The notes: generated from the letters alone by a model not told the origin. Numbered from the stretch's first letter, positions 14,503 through 29,045 are shown. The stretch is 64,000 bases of DNA from Eledone cirrhosa (GCA_964016885.1 OZ024742.1:257424001-257488000), one strand, 5' to 3'. Numbers and translations: made by a program.

Positions 14503-14557
14503 ACTGCTATATATATTTCGGTGACAGCTATTTTTGGCTGTGAGCTCTTTAGGCAGT
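14503..14557 (-). ncRNA. Decayed type I hammerhead (core CTAAAGA), same family as 46885
   Basis: actgc-CTAAAGA-stem II (acagc..gctgt)-GAAA-tatata-TA-gcagt. Confidence 0.55.
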
Positions 14558-14711
14558 CCGAATTAGTGTGGTAGAGACGAGTACACATGTTCTTGAGGTG
14601 TTTAACTTTGTCAATACTCTGATATGCCGAGTTTCTGGTTGGGTTGTTATTTCACTGAGGAACTGGAATCATATGTATTTAAACAAACGAATTTCACCGT
14701 CAGAGGACATC

Positions 14712-15154
14712 TCTCCTCCCATTGGTCAGGTATGAGAACATTCCTCAGTCAAAAATCTATAGAAATTCATTCTGAGGCGAGGCAATCTGTAGTGGCTGTT
14801 CTTGTTATTGTTAAATACATCTGGCTTCTACTCTTATGTTGGTAGTGGTGTTGGTGTTGGATTCAGCTCAAAACAAAGATAAAATGATAAAAATGATAAA
14901 ATGGTATAATGTGGTAAGAGAATAAAATAAGATAATCAAATAAAATATGTGTGTGTTATAAACAATCTCAAAGTTAGAAAGATTTGTAAGATCCACTCCT
15001 CCCATTGGTCAGTTGTGAGAGCATTCCTCAATCAAACGTCTATAGAAATTCTATCTAGGGTGAGGCTATCTGTAGTGTTTGTTTTTAATATTGCTAAGTA
15101 TATCTATCTGACCTCTACCCTTATTTTGGTAGGGGTGTTGGTGCTGCGGTCAGC
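14712..15154. repeat. Diverged direct repeat of about 155 bp (14712-14867 / 14995-15154)
   Basis: Both copies begin ctcctcccattggtcag and end ggtgttggtg..g.tcagc. Confidence 0.75.
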
Positions 15155-15248
15155 CTAGGTCTTGCTGCTGCTGATTTTAGAAGTATCTGAGTGTGGTTGC
15201 ATCCATCCTGCCACCATTTCTCGTGTTGGTATACAATCAACATATACT

Positions 15249-15340
<92 letters not shown>

Positions 15341-15885
15341 GTAGAAAACTGGTGAATTACATCCACAGTAGTAGATCATTCAGTCCATGGGACGTGTTTG
15401 GTAGAGATAGTTCAGTCATTTCTCAACAGTTATTACACCATTTCGAAGAACACTTGTTACACCCCTAACGGCTCATATACATACATATATATATATATAT
15501 ATATCCTATGCCTGAGTGGAAGAGTATATATGTTAATGATTTAACTGCACCTATGGTATCATACGAAAAGGCAAAACATGTCTTTTTGGAGCTCGGAATT
15601 GGGAGCTGAGAACCTACTTAATCATTGGCTATTTTTATCCAATTCGTGATACTTTTATTCTGAGAAATATTATTGATTTCTGTTCACTAAATTGCTAGAA
15701 GTAATCATCCATTAACAAGTACTTATCTCCATAGTAAAATAATGCATATGATTCAATTATTATTGTAATGGCTTCTAATTTTATCTCGGTTAAATTTTTC
15801 ATTTAAAATAACTGAAGGTCTACAAATAGATATTTACATTTTTCAAACAATAGCAGGTGAAATGATTCAACACATCTACCAAAAT

Positions 15886-16135
<250 letters not shown>

Positions 16136-16854
16136 TATTATTAACTTTTAGGGGAAATTTCAGATGCCCTATTAGTTTTTCCTATAAGAGGTTGTATGCT
16201 ATATTATTCACGGTTTTCTTGACACCAGAGAGATTGATGTTGTTGATGTTCTGCTAAAATTATCGCGTGTTCATTATTTAGAGATTGATTGACTTGATAA
16301 GGGTGAGAATGTGAAATGGTCGACGTTCTGTTGTAGAGGAAATGCCATATTTATATTCAGAGACAACATAGAAGAAAAGAGGAGGACAAACGAAGGGGCC
16401 GGGTGCAAGTCATTGACTACCAAACTGCTGGGCTTAGTGATAATTCCTGGAAATAAAAATAACGGACCGGGAAATACATGGGTATGAGGATGGGAGTGAC
16501 GAGTGAATAAGGCGTTTCGAAGTTGTGGCGGCATGGTTTCAGCAGGTTCCGTTGTTCAGATATATGTGAAGTAATACTGGAAGAAACAGAAAGATGGACA
16601 TCATGTGTGAGAGCGAGAGAATTGGGAAATAAATTATGGAGAACTTTATCTGCAGGAATTTTTTTTAATATGCTAGAACGTATTCCTGAAACCTTGACAC
16701 ATGCTAGAGTCACAGGGGTGCCGTAAAAACATGCACACTTGTGTATTTATACCTCACGGAGACCATTGTGATCCACGTGGAACTGCAGCCGTTTTGATCA
16801 AACAAATAAAGGCTAAGAAAGCATATGTTAAAGGTAAGTGAGAAAGAGATATAG

Positions 16855-17008
16855 TGCGATATTTGACTTCAGTACTTTACCAGGAATTTAGTTGAGGACC
16901 TAGAAATGATAATGCCACAGATAACCCCAGTGAGATTTGAAATCTGATCGCAAGGTGTCGAAACAAATACTGCATACCATTTTATCCGACGTTCTAATTA
17001 TTCTGCCA
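16855..17008 (-). mobile_element. SINE family A, old decayed copy
   Basis: gagatttgaaatctgatcg...tccgacgttctaattattctgcca aligns loosely with family A. Confidence 0.5.
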
Positions 17009-17045
17009 TATGAAGAATGATTATATATATATATTTATATATATA

Positions 17046-17179
<134 letters not shown>

Positions 17180-17223
17180 TATATATATATATATGTATAT
17201 ATAAATGTACATATATATATATA

Positions 17224-17292
<69 letters not shown>

Positions 17293-17319
17293 CGAACCAA
17301 TAGAATTTTATTTTATTTT

Positions 17320-17359
<40 letters not shown>

Positions 17360-18361
17360 AGACTTCTATCAGTTCGTTAGTTAGCATCCATTCATTTGAG
17401 TCCTCTATTACGTCTGGCATTAAACAAAAAATTCTAGACAATATCAAATATGTGCAAATATGTCTGAGAATTATAGACAAATGAAACAAAGAAAATATTG
17501 CAACAATTTTGAACTATATGTAAACAAGAGTTATAAATTGATTAGAGTTCGCTGCATAGATACGACTTTCTCCAGAAGGGAAACAAATAACCGTGGTTGT
17601 ATTGGCATGAATTGAGAAGATAATGATTTCTTTGTATTTTAGCTTGTTATATGATTGGCAATATATTGTTGATTGTGACTTTATTGCAAAAAGTAAATAG
17701 TGTACTGGTATTAGGGCAGAGATATTCTTTACACTATTAATAAGAAAATTGTCATGTTTATGATTATATGCATGAATAAAGACGAAAGAGTAGGATTACT
17801 ATTTCCTGTGACACACATGTAACCTTGATATATAATAAACGCTTTTGATTACAAAGTACATTTAAGCAACCTAATTGATTATTTATATAATATGAATGTT
17901 GTCTTGGTGAGCATTAGACGAAAAAATAGGTAGAGTTGAGTTGACTGCCCATTTTGTATTCCAGCCTGTGAAGTTTGTGTTACTAATATAATTAATCAGT
18001 CGGTTTTACGAACTTTCAGTCATATTTTATATACGAACATTAATGTCTAATCAAATCATTGGAATACCGTGTATGTTAAGGCTTTGAATTTCAAGTATAA
18101 TATATAGGACGGCATTCCTTAAACTTTTTTTGTTCCCAATTTCACAACTCCAAGTCATAGTACAGACTTTTATTTTAAAATGCCACACAGTGAAATCGAA
18201 CAATATATTTAATGATTGCTAAAGAGATTCCTTCACTTTACAATCATGAAGTCATGGATTCGACTTAAATAATTCAGTTATACTGATGACATTATATACA
18301 TGCGCTTAGCATATGGACACACACACATACACACACATAATATAAATATATATATACACAA

Positions 18362-18412
<51 letters not shown>

Positions 18413-18479
18413 GTATGTATGTATGTATGTATATGTATATACATATATATACGTGTGTGTGTATATATATATACTTAGT

Positions 18480-19349
18480 TACAAAAGTGCACTATACAGA
18501 TATTTCAGTTTCGTTGACTTACTCGAACTCATTCAGCCTGTTATAAAACCAAAGATTGCTACGCCCGCAGAAGTATTTAGAAGTTTTAAGGTTGTTTCAT
18601 GGTTTAGGAAACGGCTTTCCAATTGGCTCACAGGGACGTCCAGACTTTAGTTTGGTCGTTTTTGTTGGTGGAGGCCACATTTGTTTCATTTATTCGCACT
18701 AGCGTTTTGCCTTGTTTGTCCAGGTGGCAAGCCACTTGCCTTCCCTATGAGCATCCGTAAGGTGAAAGGCTTTTGATTTTTGTGGGGAACAGGGATTTTA
18801 TGTTAAATGTACAATAGTAATCTATTTTCATTGTATGTTGATTGAATGTTTGTCAGTTATCGTGGCGTACACGGATGTGAAGTTCTGGGAGAGCTATGAA
18901 TTTTCTATTTACATTAGTCTTCATATTGCGTGCGAATAATGGCACGAACTACACTACTTCTTGCTAGATATAGAGAGTTGATGAGGAGTGTAAGTGATTA
19001 TTTCGGAAAACGCGCTGTTGTAGCAGATGTTACACTGTCAAATATAGATTTGCCAAAAGAGTTGTTGAATATCGTCTTACTAATGTTAGTAGTGACATTT
19101 TTAAAATCTATAGGAGGTGGCTAGTGTCCTTTTAAATATATATACGTTTTTCACTGGCTTTGTGGAATGGTTTGTATATGTGTGAACGTAGGCCTAAATT
19201 ATCTTTGTTTATATAACAGGCTGAATGGGTTGGGGTATATAAACCAATAAAACTTAAGTGACTGTATATGTCGCTGCTGTAACTATATTTTACTTAATTC
19301 GTGCTATGGACTGAGTACCTCTTGATATCACTACCAAACTTGTACTATA

Positions 19350-19350
<1 letters not shown>
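18480..19350 (+). mobile_element. Decayed PLE 3' fragment (GIY-YIG-like remnant plus 3' repeat) between (AT)n tracts
   Basis: Cys-rich frames (..VKCT..LF..VC..C..Y) at about 18720-19120, followed by a relic HHR-like motif near 19216-19266. Confidence 0.3.
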
Positions 19351-19399
<49 letters not shown>

Positions 19400-19477
19400 T
19401 GTTAAATCTAAGACAGGAACAAAAACAGAGAGATAGTACAAATATCGGTTTATTATATATATATATATATAAAAAAG

Positions 19478-19660
19478 GAACTGTGGTAAAGAACCAGATG
19501 GACCAACACGCACCAGAGTACCCAATACTTAGGGTAGTAGAGAGAGAAATAGGAAAAAGTATGACCCCGACGGCAGAGCTCAAGCCGTTCGAGGGCTATT
19601 TCTGGACTAAAGTAGAATGTTTAGCCTGGTGAATAAAAAGCCGAACTTGTCAAGGGGTAC
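19478..19660 (-). mobile_element. HHR-bearing repeat family (also 42134-42329 and 63802-63978); decayed HHR at 19564-19658
   Basis: Minus strand: acccc-TTGACAA-long stem II (ggct..agcc; ggctaaa..tttagtc)-GAA-cggc..gccg-TC-ggggt; shared 3' segment ends at (AT)n in all three copies. Confidence 0.6.
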
Positions 19661-19997
19661 TTCCTAATATGGGAAGATTATAGTTGTCAAGAGGATTGGT
19701 TAAAATTTGTTGTAAACACAAATAAGTCTATAATGGCATTTGGTGGGAGGTAGGGGTGGCTGAACTTGCCTGTAGAACAATAGGGGTGTGAGTGGACCGG
19801 TCAAGCGTTGAAAGTGATATGTATACAGCAGATTCTAAGGATAGTGTATGAAGTGGAGGAGGGAGGTTATAGAACAGGTAATTCGAATGAGAGTAGGAGA
19901 CAATAAAAGATAATAGAAAAAAAAATAGATATATATAGTGAGAAATGAATAAAAAAAATCACAATGCTATCTTACAATTATAAGTTAATGAGTTGAG

Positions 19998-20551
19998 AAT
20001 GGAAAAAAAACTTTTAGAAATTGAGTAGTACCAGAACTGTTACAAAATTAAAGGGGTTTACACGTCTACTATAAGTAGTTAGTAAAACGTATTCGGCCAA
20101 TTCTATCTTAAAATTACAGGCGTGGTGGAACTGATGCTAGAGAAGCACGATGGGCTGCATCGGGCTAGGCGAAAGAGGAAAAGCAGTCGAGGAATAAAAT
20201 AGGGGTGGAAGGAAGTGATAGGATGAGACAGGGGAAGAAGAAGACAAACAGGAATAGAAAAGAAGATGTATCTCTTTTCTTTTTTTTCTTTTCTGTTCCT
20301 TTTTGTCTTCTTCTTCCCCCTGTCTCATCCTATCACTTCCTTCCACCGCCTATTTTCTTCCTCGTCTGCTTTTCCTCTCGCCTACCCCGATGCAGCCCAT
20401 CGGGCCTCTGTAGCATCAGTTCCCTCACCCCTGTAATTTTAAGATAGAATTGGCCGAATACGTTTTACTAACTACTTATAGCACACGTGTTAAAGCCCTT
20501 TAATTTTGTATCAGTTCTGGTACTACTAAATTTCTACAAGTTTTTTTCCAT
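19998..20551. repeat. Fold-back inverted repeat, arms about 270 bp, centre about 20268
   Basis: 19998-20266 is the reverse complement of about 20271-20551 with scattered mismatches. Confidence 0.9.
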
Positions 20552-21700
20552 TGGCAGTGTTGAATATATTCTGGTGACATGGGTTGTGTGTCACACAACC
20601 CATGTCACCAGAATATATTCAACACTGCCAAAGCAAACCTACCGATCATTGCTCAAAGTAATGAATTAAAAGGCTTAATCACAGATCGATCTTTGACTCT
20701 TAGTAAAAGACAGCCAAAAAATGTGAAGCAATTGCTAACAAAAGCAAAGTTTGACCTTAACAACAAAGATCAATCATTCACTGTATCTAAATGCAATGAT
20801 AATCGATGCGGCACATGTCAATCCATACACGCCGGTCAATATATGAAAACAAAAACTGGAAAAATATTCCCAAATGCAAATATGAACTGCAAAAGCAGAA
20901 ATCTAATTTACTGCATTAAATGCAGAACTATATGTCGGTCAAACTGGAAATGCACTATCGGAAAGTGCACGGGTACACCGTCAACAAATCAGAGACCCAA
21001 ATGTCCGTCAGATACCCCTAAGCGGCCACCTGGCAACATGTGGTCAGGGAATATTTATAATATTCCCATTCTACAAATTGCACAGCCCAAATGAAATCAA
21101 GAGAAAAATCAAAGAAAAGAATTTGATTAATAAATTCAAACCCAAGCTAAATGAACAATAATAAAGCCTAGGGGTATTACTTATACTACCACTATGACCA
21201 CGACCACTCACAACAACAACAACAACAATAATAATAATAATTGTTTCTACAGTGATGTTGATGGTGATGATTAATAGAAAATGCTATTTTCATCATTTCA
21301 AAAAGCAAAACAATTGATACGTTGGGTATGACTATTGGTCGTTAGCATGCTCAACCAGCCGTGACGCTTAAACCAATCAGCTGTAGTAATTCAGTGAAAC
21401 TACACACTGATTGGTCGAAATACAGTTTACAGTTCTTTGCATTCTGGAGCCACTTTTCTCTGTATAAAATGTATAAAAGTTAGGAAATTTACCCATCTCA
21501 TTACAGTTGAAAATTGCAAACTCGACTGTCACCACATATCATGAACCTGAAGATTGCGAAAGCATGGAAGTACTTGTTCAATTAACACTTAGAATTTAAT
21601 ATTCTATCATACTATTTCATTATAATACCATTATATTTATTTTAAAGGATTGTAAATAAAACGAGCAAATCAGACAAAGTTGGAATTCCTCTTATTAATA
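20551..21700 (+). mobile_element. PLE 3' fragment: Zn-finger/GIY-YIG endonuclease plus 3' repeat
   Basis: ORF 20579-21094 [29 protein letters not shown]; continues in another frame to FKPKLN; paralog of 33167-34380. Confidence 0.88.
21542..21580 (+). ncRNA. Minimal type I hammerhead with GAAA mutated to GGAA
   Basis: tgaac-CTGAAGA-ttgcgaaagcat-GGAA-gtac-TT-gttca. Confidence 0.6.
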
Positions 21701-21753
21701 TAATCTTCTATACACAATCATACACACCCGTGTATATTTACCTATCTATATCT

Positions 21754-21881
<128 letters not shown>

Positions 21882-22199
21882 GTGGGGGGTATGTATGTGT
21901 GTGTGTGTGTGGTGCTCTGAAATAGCGATGTATATATGAATCTATATATTGTATATTTGATAATATACTCTAACTTCAATTTAAAACATTGTCAAGGACT
22001 TTTCCACTATGAATTTAAGATACAAACTATAGTCACATACCTAGCTTCAGCTTCAGCTTCAGCTAGACATGTGACAAAAGTCGCAACTGTAAATTCATAG
22101 GGGTAGACGTTGACAATGCTTTTAAATAAACATAGAGTATATTATTAAATATACAAACCGTACATCCATATATATATATATGAATGTACGTTTATATAT

Positions 22200-22236
<37 letters not shown>

Positions 22237-22237
<1 letters not shown>

Positions 22238-25200
22238 CATTATCTATAAAAGGCAGATTGTTGTTGTTGTGTGTGTGCGCATGTTCCATGTTTATACATT
22301 TGCACAATTTCAAACCGATTCGACTCAACGTCGGTAAGAATGTTATAAATGGTCAACGAATATTTATTTATTTCCACTTCACCCACAATTACGGAAATAA
22401 TCGATAAAACTAAAAACATGACGCTTTACCCCTCTAATACAATGTGATTTACTCTCCCTAACTCCGATACATACCGCAACCTTCTCTTATATACGCTTAT
22501 AAACCCACTCCTTAATAATTTTCTTTAGCGAGAGAGAAAAAAATAAAGGAGGTAGCCAGAGAGACAGAGATAGAGACAAACGTTAAATACATGACGCTTA
22601 CATCTCTTATATATGCTTATAAACCCACTCCTTAATAATTTCACACAATTACATGTTGTGTATAACTTATTTACACGTTTGAGTGAAAAAAAAAACACAT
22701 AGGGATTTTTGGCCAAACAACTTCACATTGCTGACAGAAGCGCGCTTTAAACAAACTGTGAATTCTTTATTTGCTTCTGTAAGAATGTTGTAAATGGTCT
22801 AACTTAGGTCAACGACTATTTATTTATTTCAAAATCACTATCAATTACGGAAATAATTTCCTCACTCTACTCCACATAAAAATCGAAAAAAAAAGAATAC
22901 ATGCTCACACACAATTACATTTTGTGTATAACAGATTTACACGTTTATTGAGTGAAAAAAAAAACTACATAGGGATTGTTGGCCACACAACTTCAAATTG
23001 CTGACAGAAGCGCGCTTTCAAAAAACTGTGAGTTATTTATTTGCCGTTCGTTCTCCCACTTTTTACCCTGAGGAACGCAGACAGTTTTCAGCCTTATACT
23101 TTCAAAGGCAATTTTGCTGTAGAAGTAAGTTTCACCCTTTCTTGTTCACATAAAATGCCACCTAAAAAGAGAAGTCGCCTCGGTTGCCATACCGCGTCAG
23201 CGGCGGTGCAGAGGGCGATTACAGCAAACGTGTCCCCCGAGGAAACTGCTTTAAGACTTTCACAGAGATCCTTACGTTCAGCGGAATGCAGAGCTGCTGA
23301 AAGTTTTCAACAACGCACCGCACACCTAGCCAAGATGGCTTCACACGACGCCTCGAGACGTGCTGCGATGTGCGATTCAGAGCGGGCGATACGTCATTCC
23401 CCCCAAAAAAACGCTTCTACTGCTACTTCCAGGGCTTCAGAAGGCCCGGAACAAAGGTCGACTCGCCTGAATAGAAACGCTCCTGCTACTGCTGCTTCTA
23501 GGGCTTCAGAGGGCCGGGAACAAAGGGCGGCTCGACTGACTAGAAAAGCTGCGGCTACTGCTGCTTCCAGGGCTTTGGAAGGTTTTGAACGGCGGACGAA
23601 TCGCCTTGCTAGGAACGCTGCGGCTATGACTGCGTCCATGGTTTCTGAAGATGCAGACGGGCGCTCCATTAGGATTGAAAGGGTGGCTTCTGCTACTGCT
23701 GCGAGAGCTTCCCACGACCTACAAGAGCAACATTCTACGTTGGAGCGGAACAGTCGACGACAAGAAGCTGCTCGCGGTGTAACGAGCCCCGACAGCCCAT
23801 ACTGGCACCTACGGGCTTTCAAGTATGAGCCCAACGTTAACTACTCGATGCGTGCCGAGATAAATATAGGGGAAATTCGCTTCCATTGCAAATTCTGCAA
23901 TGCTAAAAAGTGGGCTGGGGAGCCACGTGCAATGTGCTGCTTAAACGGTAAGGTCAGCTTGCCCCCTCTTGGAGAACCACCAGAGCCTTTGAAGGAACTA
24001 CTTACTGGTTCTACCTCCAGGTCATCCAAGTTCCTTCAACTCATCAGGAAGTACAATTGTGCGTTTCAAATGACTTCTTTCGGGGCTAACGTTGTCAGAG
24101 AAAGTGGTTGGATGCCTACTTTGAAGGTCCAGGGGCAGGTGTACCATCTTATTGGGTCGCTCCAGCCACTACAAAATTGCAAGCCTTAGTTCCTTCAAAT
24201 TTACTTCATTTCTAACTACAGTAGGCAAGTTGATGCGCGGTTCGGCGTTATTCCAACACCTGCAAACATTGACGCTGACACCTTTGAAAGGACGTGCTGC
24301 TCGGTCTTCAAAACATACTTCATGAGCACGACAGTTATATTCGCAGTTTCAAATACGCATTGGAAACAAATCCTTCACCAAACTTCACCATTGTCATCGA
24401 TGCTGTCAAAAGACCTTCTAGGGAGCACGTACGCTGTTATGACGCTCCTCCGTGCAATGAAGTGGCCGCAGTTATCCATTGTGAACAGCACAATAAACGA
24501 GACATAGTTCTTCAAAGTTGTGACAGTGGTCTTCGACGTATTAATGAGACGCATCGTTCATACGACGCCCTGCAGCATCCCCTTCTTTTTGCATTCGGAG
24601 AAGACGGGTACCATTTAGGCATTCCTCAGCACAAACCAAACGAGCCCACTGCTGCGACATCTAAAACTGTTTCATGCATGGCTTTATACTCCTACCGCTT
24701 CATGACGAGGCCTAACGATTTCAGCACCCTGCACAGGTCACGGGAAGTGTTTCGCCAGTTTGCAGTTGAGATGGCTACAAAGATGATGTCGGAGAGATTG
24801 TGCTTCATAAAAGTAAATCAGAAGCAGCTGCGCTCTGACTCCTACATCCATTTGCGTGACGGCATCAGGAATGATACTGACCCCAGGAACATCGGCAAAA
24901 TGTGCATTCTCCCCTCAACCTATACGGGGGGCCATTGTACATGCACGAGCGAACACAGGACGCTATGCCGTTCGTTCGGCATTATGGTGATTTATTGATC
25001 ACGTTTACGTGTAACCCCAAGTGGGTTGAGGTTACGCGAGAACTTATCCCAGGGCAGCAGTACTGCCATCGGCATGATATTATTGCCAGGGTTTTCAGGC
25101 AGAAGCTGGCTAAGCTAATTTGATCTTATTGAAAAAGGGAAGGTTTTCGGGCCTGTTAGGTGCCACATGTATACTGTTGAGTGGCAGAAGAGAGGGTTGC

Positions 25201-28200
25201 CATACGCGCACATTTTGGTTTATTGGTCACCAAAATAGACCCTACAGTTATAGATGACGTCATCGCAGCGGAAATACTGGACCCCGTTGTTGACCAGAAG
25301 CTGTACGACATTGTCAAGGCACACATGGTGCCGGTCCGTGCGGTCCCGGTTTTCAAGAGTTTCCTTCATGCCACAAGGACCATATCTGCACTAAACGATA
25401 CACAAAGAGGTTTGTTGAGGAGACCCAGACCGGCGGCGACGGATACCCACTGTACAGACGAAGGCGGCCTGGGAACGGTGGATTCACTATGACGTTACGG
25501 GGTCATCAAGTTGATAATAGGTGGGTGGTCCCATACTGTCCATTTCTGATGAAAACTTTCAACGTTCATATAAATGTGGAGTTCTGTCATTCAGTGAAGT
25601 CAATAAAGTACATATGTAAATATGTTAACAAGGGTTCCGACGCTGCCATGTTCGGCCTTCAAAACGACGATAGCAGGGACGAGGTGTCGGAGTACTTGGC
25701 AGGTCGACATATCAAAAGTGGTGAACCTTTTTGGCGGATATTCGGGTTTCCATTTCACCAAAGGCACCCCGCTATCATACAACTAGCGGTTCATTTGGAA
25801 AACGGCCCGCGGGATTACTTTACTGAACAGACTGCTGCTCATTTGGCGGCCAATCCAAAAGAAACAACTTTGACTGTTTTTTTACGCTTTGCCAACTTGA
25901 CACATTTGCAAAAAAACTTACAGACCCTCAGGTCCCGTCCTACTACGTGTGGTCAAACAACACTTGGGTGCGTAGGAAGTCAGGTCTGGATGCTGAAGGA
26001 CATCCTGGTGTCAAGTTTGACAGTTTTCTAGGAAGAGTGTACACTGTACCTCCCAACCAGCATGAGTGTTTTCACCTGCACCTTCTCCCCCATGAGGTTT
26101 TTGGCCCACAAAGCTTTCGAGACATAAGAACTGTTGACGGTGAATTATGTGACACTTTCCGGGAAACCTGCTTTAGGCGTGGCCTTTGGGAGGAGGATTC
26201 ACAATGGGGCGCCACTATGGCAGAGGGCGTTTTGTTGATATCTCCTAAAAGACAAAGATCGCTTTTCGCTATTCTACTCCTATGGTGAAACATGTGTGAT
26301 CCGGCCTCTTTATGGCTTAGCTACAAAGATTACATGTCTGAAGATTTCCTGCGTCACGCTCAGTTTCTAAACCCATCGATAGAGGTCGGGTACAGTGACC
26401 TCATTTACAACAGGGCGCTGCTTGAGATCGAAGATACTGTTTTCGATATGGGCGGGAGTGCGTTGGCGGTGTATGGCCTACCTTCAACAAACCGGGAAGG
26501 CGCAAACACTCTGTCTTCGGATTTGCTGCGTGAGACATCTTATAATGTTGACGAGCTTGCCCAGTACATAGCGGAGAAAGAGCCAAAGCTCCTTCCAGAA
26601 CAGAAATTCGCTTACAACTCCGTTGTTAATTCCGGGGCAAAGCTGATGGGATTTTTTTCCTGGACGCTCCTGGGGGGACTGGGAAAACCGTTGCCACCAA
26701 ATTAATATTAGCTGAGATTAGGCGAACAGAAGGCATTGACTTAGCTGTGGCATCATCTGGAATTGCGGCTACTTTGTTGCCGGGCAGCAGGACAGCTCAC
26801 TCCTATTTCAAGCTCCCGCTTGACTTAGCAAAGACTGAGACACCCACTTGCAACATCAGTAAGAGCTCCGATCAGGCAGAAGTGTTCAGACAATGCAAGC
26901 TTATCGTTTGGGACGAATGCCCACATAGGTGCTCTTGAGGGGCTAGATAGAACTCTGAGAGACATCAAAGACTCTACGGCTCCAATGGGAGGCATAACAC
27001 TTGTTCTTTTAGGGGACTACAGGCAAACGCTTCCCGTTATTCCCAAGGGGACTAGAGCTGATGCAGTACGTTCGTGTCTTAAGTCATGCACATTGTTGCC
27101 CCTGGTGAAGACTCTGAAACTTCACACTAACATGCGTGCTCATATGCGAGGTGATATCACATCAGCAGCATTTTCTCACACCCTCCTTGCACTTGGCGAA
27201 GGCAAAACGCCCGGGGATGAAAAGGGTAATATTGCCATCGACTTACTTTGTACCGTTGTTAGTACGCCTTCTGATCTCAAAGATGCAGTGTTCCCATATC
27301 TCCAAGCAAATTATCAGAATATGGTTTGGCTTGCCCAAAGGGCTATTCTGGCCCCGAGGAATAAAACTGTTAATCATATTAATGAGCAAATGCTAAGTCT
27401 CATTCCTGGGGATGGCTACGTATATAAGTCTATCGATAGAACTCCTGACCCCGAGGACGTCATCAACTATCCAATAGAGGTACTAAATTCCTTTGAGACC
27501 CCGGATTACCCCCACACATTTTGAAACTTAAAGTTGGTGCCTCTATAATGCTCATTCGAAATTTGGTTCCGCCGAAACAATGCAATGGCACACGTTTGGT
27601 CGTTAAGTCCTTAGCTCCCAATCTGATTGAAGCCACGATAATCACAGGGTGCAGTCGGGGCAAGCTTGTGCTCATACCGAGGATGCATCTTTTCACATCA
27701 GGAGCAGACCTACCTTTCACATTTCGGAGGTCCCGGTCAGGCCATGCTTCGCAATGTCAATTAACAAAGCGCAGAGACGAACACTGTCTGTCGTGGGAAT
27801 ACATTTGGGGGAGCCGTGTTTCTCTCATGGTCAACTTTACGTTGGCTGCTCGCGTGTCGGCATCAACAGTAATGATTTCGCGTTCGTTCCGCGAGGAAAA
27901 ACAAAAAACATTTTATAACTTTTTTATTTTTTTATTTTTTTTGCCTTGTCGTGAGTATTTTCTAAGTAGGTTAACCTTCACTGAAGTGCACTGGACACTC
28001 CCCACCATCTGTCGTACAAAGGCTGATTCTCGCGGCGTTACAAAGCTTCATTGCAACTCCGACCCTACTCAAATATCAGCTGTTGCTCTTCACCAACCAC
28101 GTTTGGTGGGCCTCGGAGGACCGTGGACAGGTTAGTATTTCACCTCCGTACGACTCTCAAAGGGTCAACAATGCTTTAATGACGGGATTTACATTTTTAG

Positions 28201-28712
28201 GCGGTTCCCTGCAATTACTTCACACTTCACCAACACCTGACCTCCTCCCAGCTCTATTTCCCTCCCTCCGTCGGCACAGCAGCAGGCTCATCTTCTACGT
28301 CCGACGTACATGATGCACCAAACATACAATGACACCTCTTCCTCTTTTTTGGTTGTCATAATTAGACAATGTTTTCCGGCCCCTGTTTGCGGTTCCCTCA
28401 ATCCACCCCTCCCCTGTTAAAACATGTCATGCAGAATAACTCTATCGCAGCTCTGTTGTTCGGCTGGCATCGTCTACGCGGGTATTGCGCAAGTCCTGCG
28501 AAACAAGAAATGTGAACACTTCTTTGCACAGAGATAATATCAATAGGCGAAACTACAATTGTCACTGCTGGCGCAGCTCCTGCTTCGGTAGTGCAGGTTT
28601 GCAATTCATTCAACTAGTGCCTGGCAGACAAAAAAGTGCTGCCATAAAATGTGTGGTGCAACCTAACTTTGGTAACTTACTGACCCCGAGCAACGCCGGG
28701 AGTTAATGCTAG
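22237..28712 (+). mobile_element. Full-length Helitron (rolling-circle transposon), inactivated
   Basis: 5' A|TC at 22237; 3' GC-rich hairpin cccgagcaacgccggg followed by CTAG|T at 28709-28712; internal Rep/Helicase; subterminal 5' direct repeats at about 22400-23045. Confidence 0.92.
23155..27918 (+). pseudogene. Helitron Rep/PIF1-like helicase (RepHel), multiple stops and frameshifts
   Basis: CxxC..CCxxGK zinc finger; Rep motifs TFTCNPKW, VEWQKRGLPYAHIL (first His of HUH changed to Tyr), KYICKYVNKG; helicase motifs [33 protein letters not shown]; N-terminal ~22-aa repeats. Confidence 0.95.
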
Positions 28713-28844
28713 TATATACATAAAATGAAATATTCGCTCTACATGGCTGAATAAAATAAATGGCGAGTCAGCTTCCTGTATACGAGCGATAAATGGCCGG
28801 CTTTGCCAAATTCAAATAAAAGAGAACATTGTCGCTCTACTTGG

Positions 28845-28983
28845 GTCTGCTAATATGCAGATCTGACAAGAAACTAACTGGCCAGTCTGCTTATATTCAA
28901 ATCTGGCTGATCAGTGGATCTGCTAATATGCTGATCTGACTGATCAGCCAGTCTGCTAATATGCAAATCAGGCCGATCAGTCA
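28845..28983 (+). repeat. Four ~33-bp tandem units containing octamer-like TAATATGCAAAT
   Basis: gtctgctaatatgca(a/g)atc..g.c.gatcag repeated; last unit has an exact ATGCAAAT. Confidence 0.8.
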
Positions 28984-29045
28984 CTGTGTATTTTTGAAAA
29001 TAGCATATATTTTCACTAGCTCTGACAGTTTAACAGGTGAAGAGT

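Noticed and set aside
16270-16840. Possible LINE ORF1/gag relic
   Set aside because: Only vague resemblance; no motif I can support.
23394-23834. Antisense ORF within the Helitron
   Set aside because: Shadow of the Ala/Arg-rich repeats of RepHel on the plus strand.
28845-28983. 33-bp repeats as a CRISPR array
   Set aside because: Contiguous tandem units without unique spacers, eukaryotic context, no cas genes.
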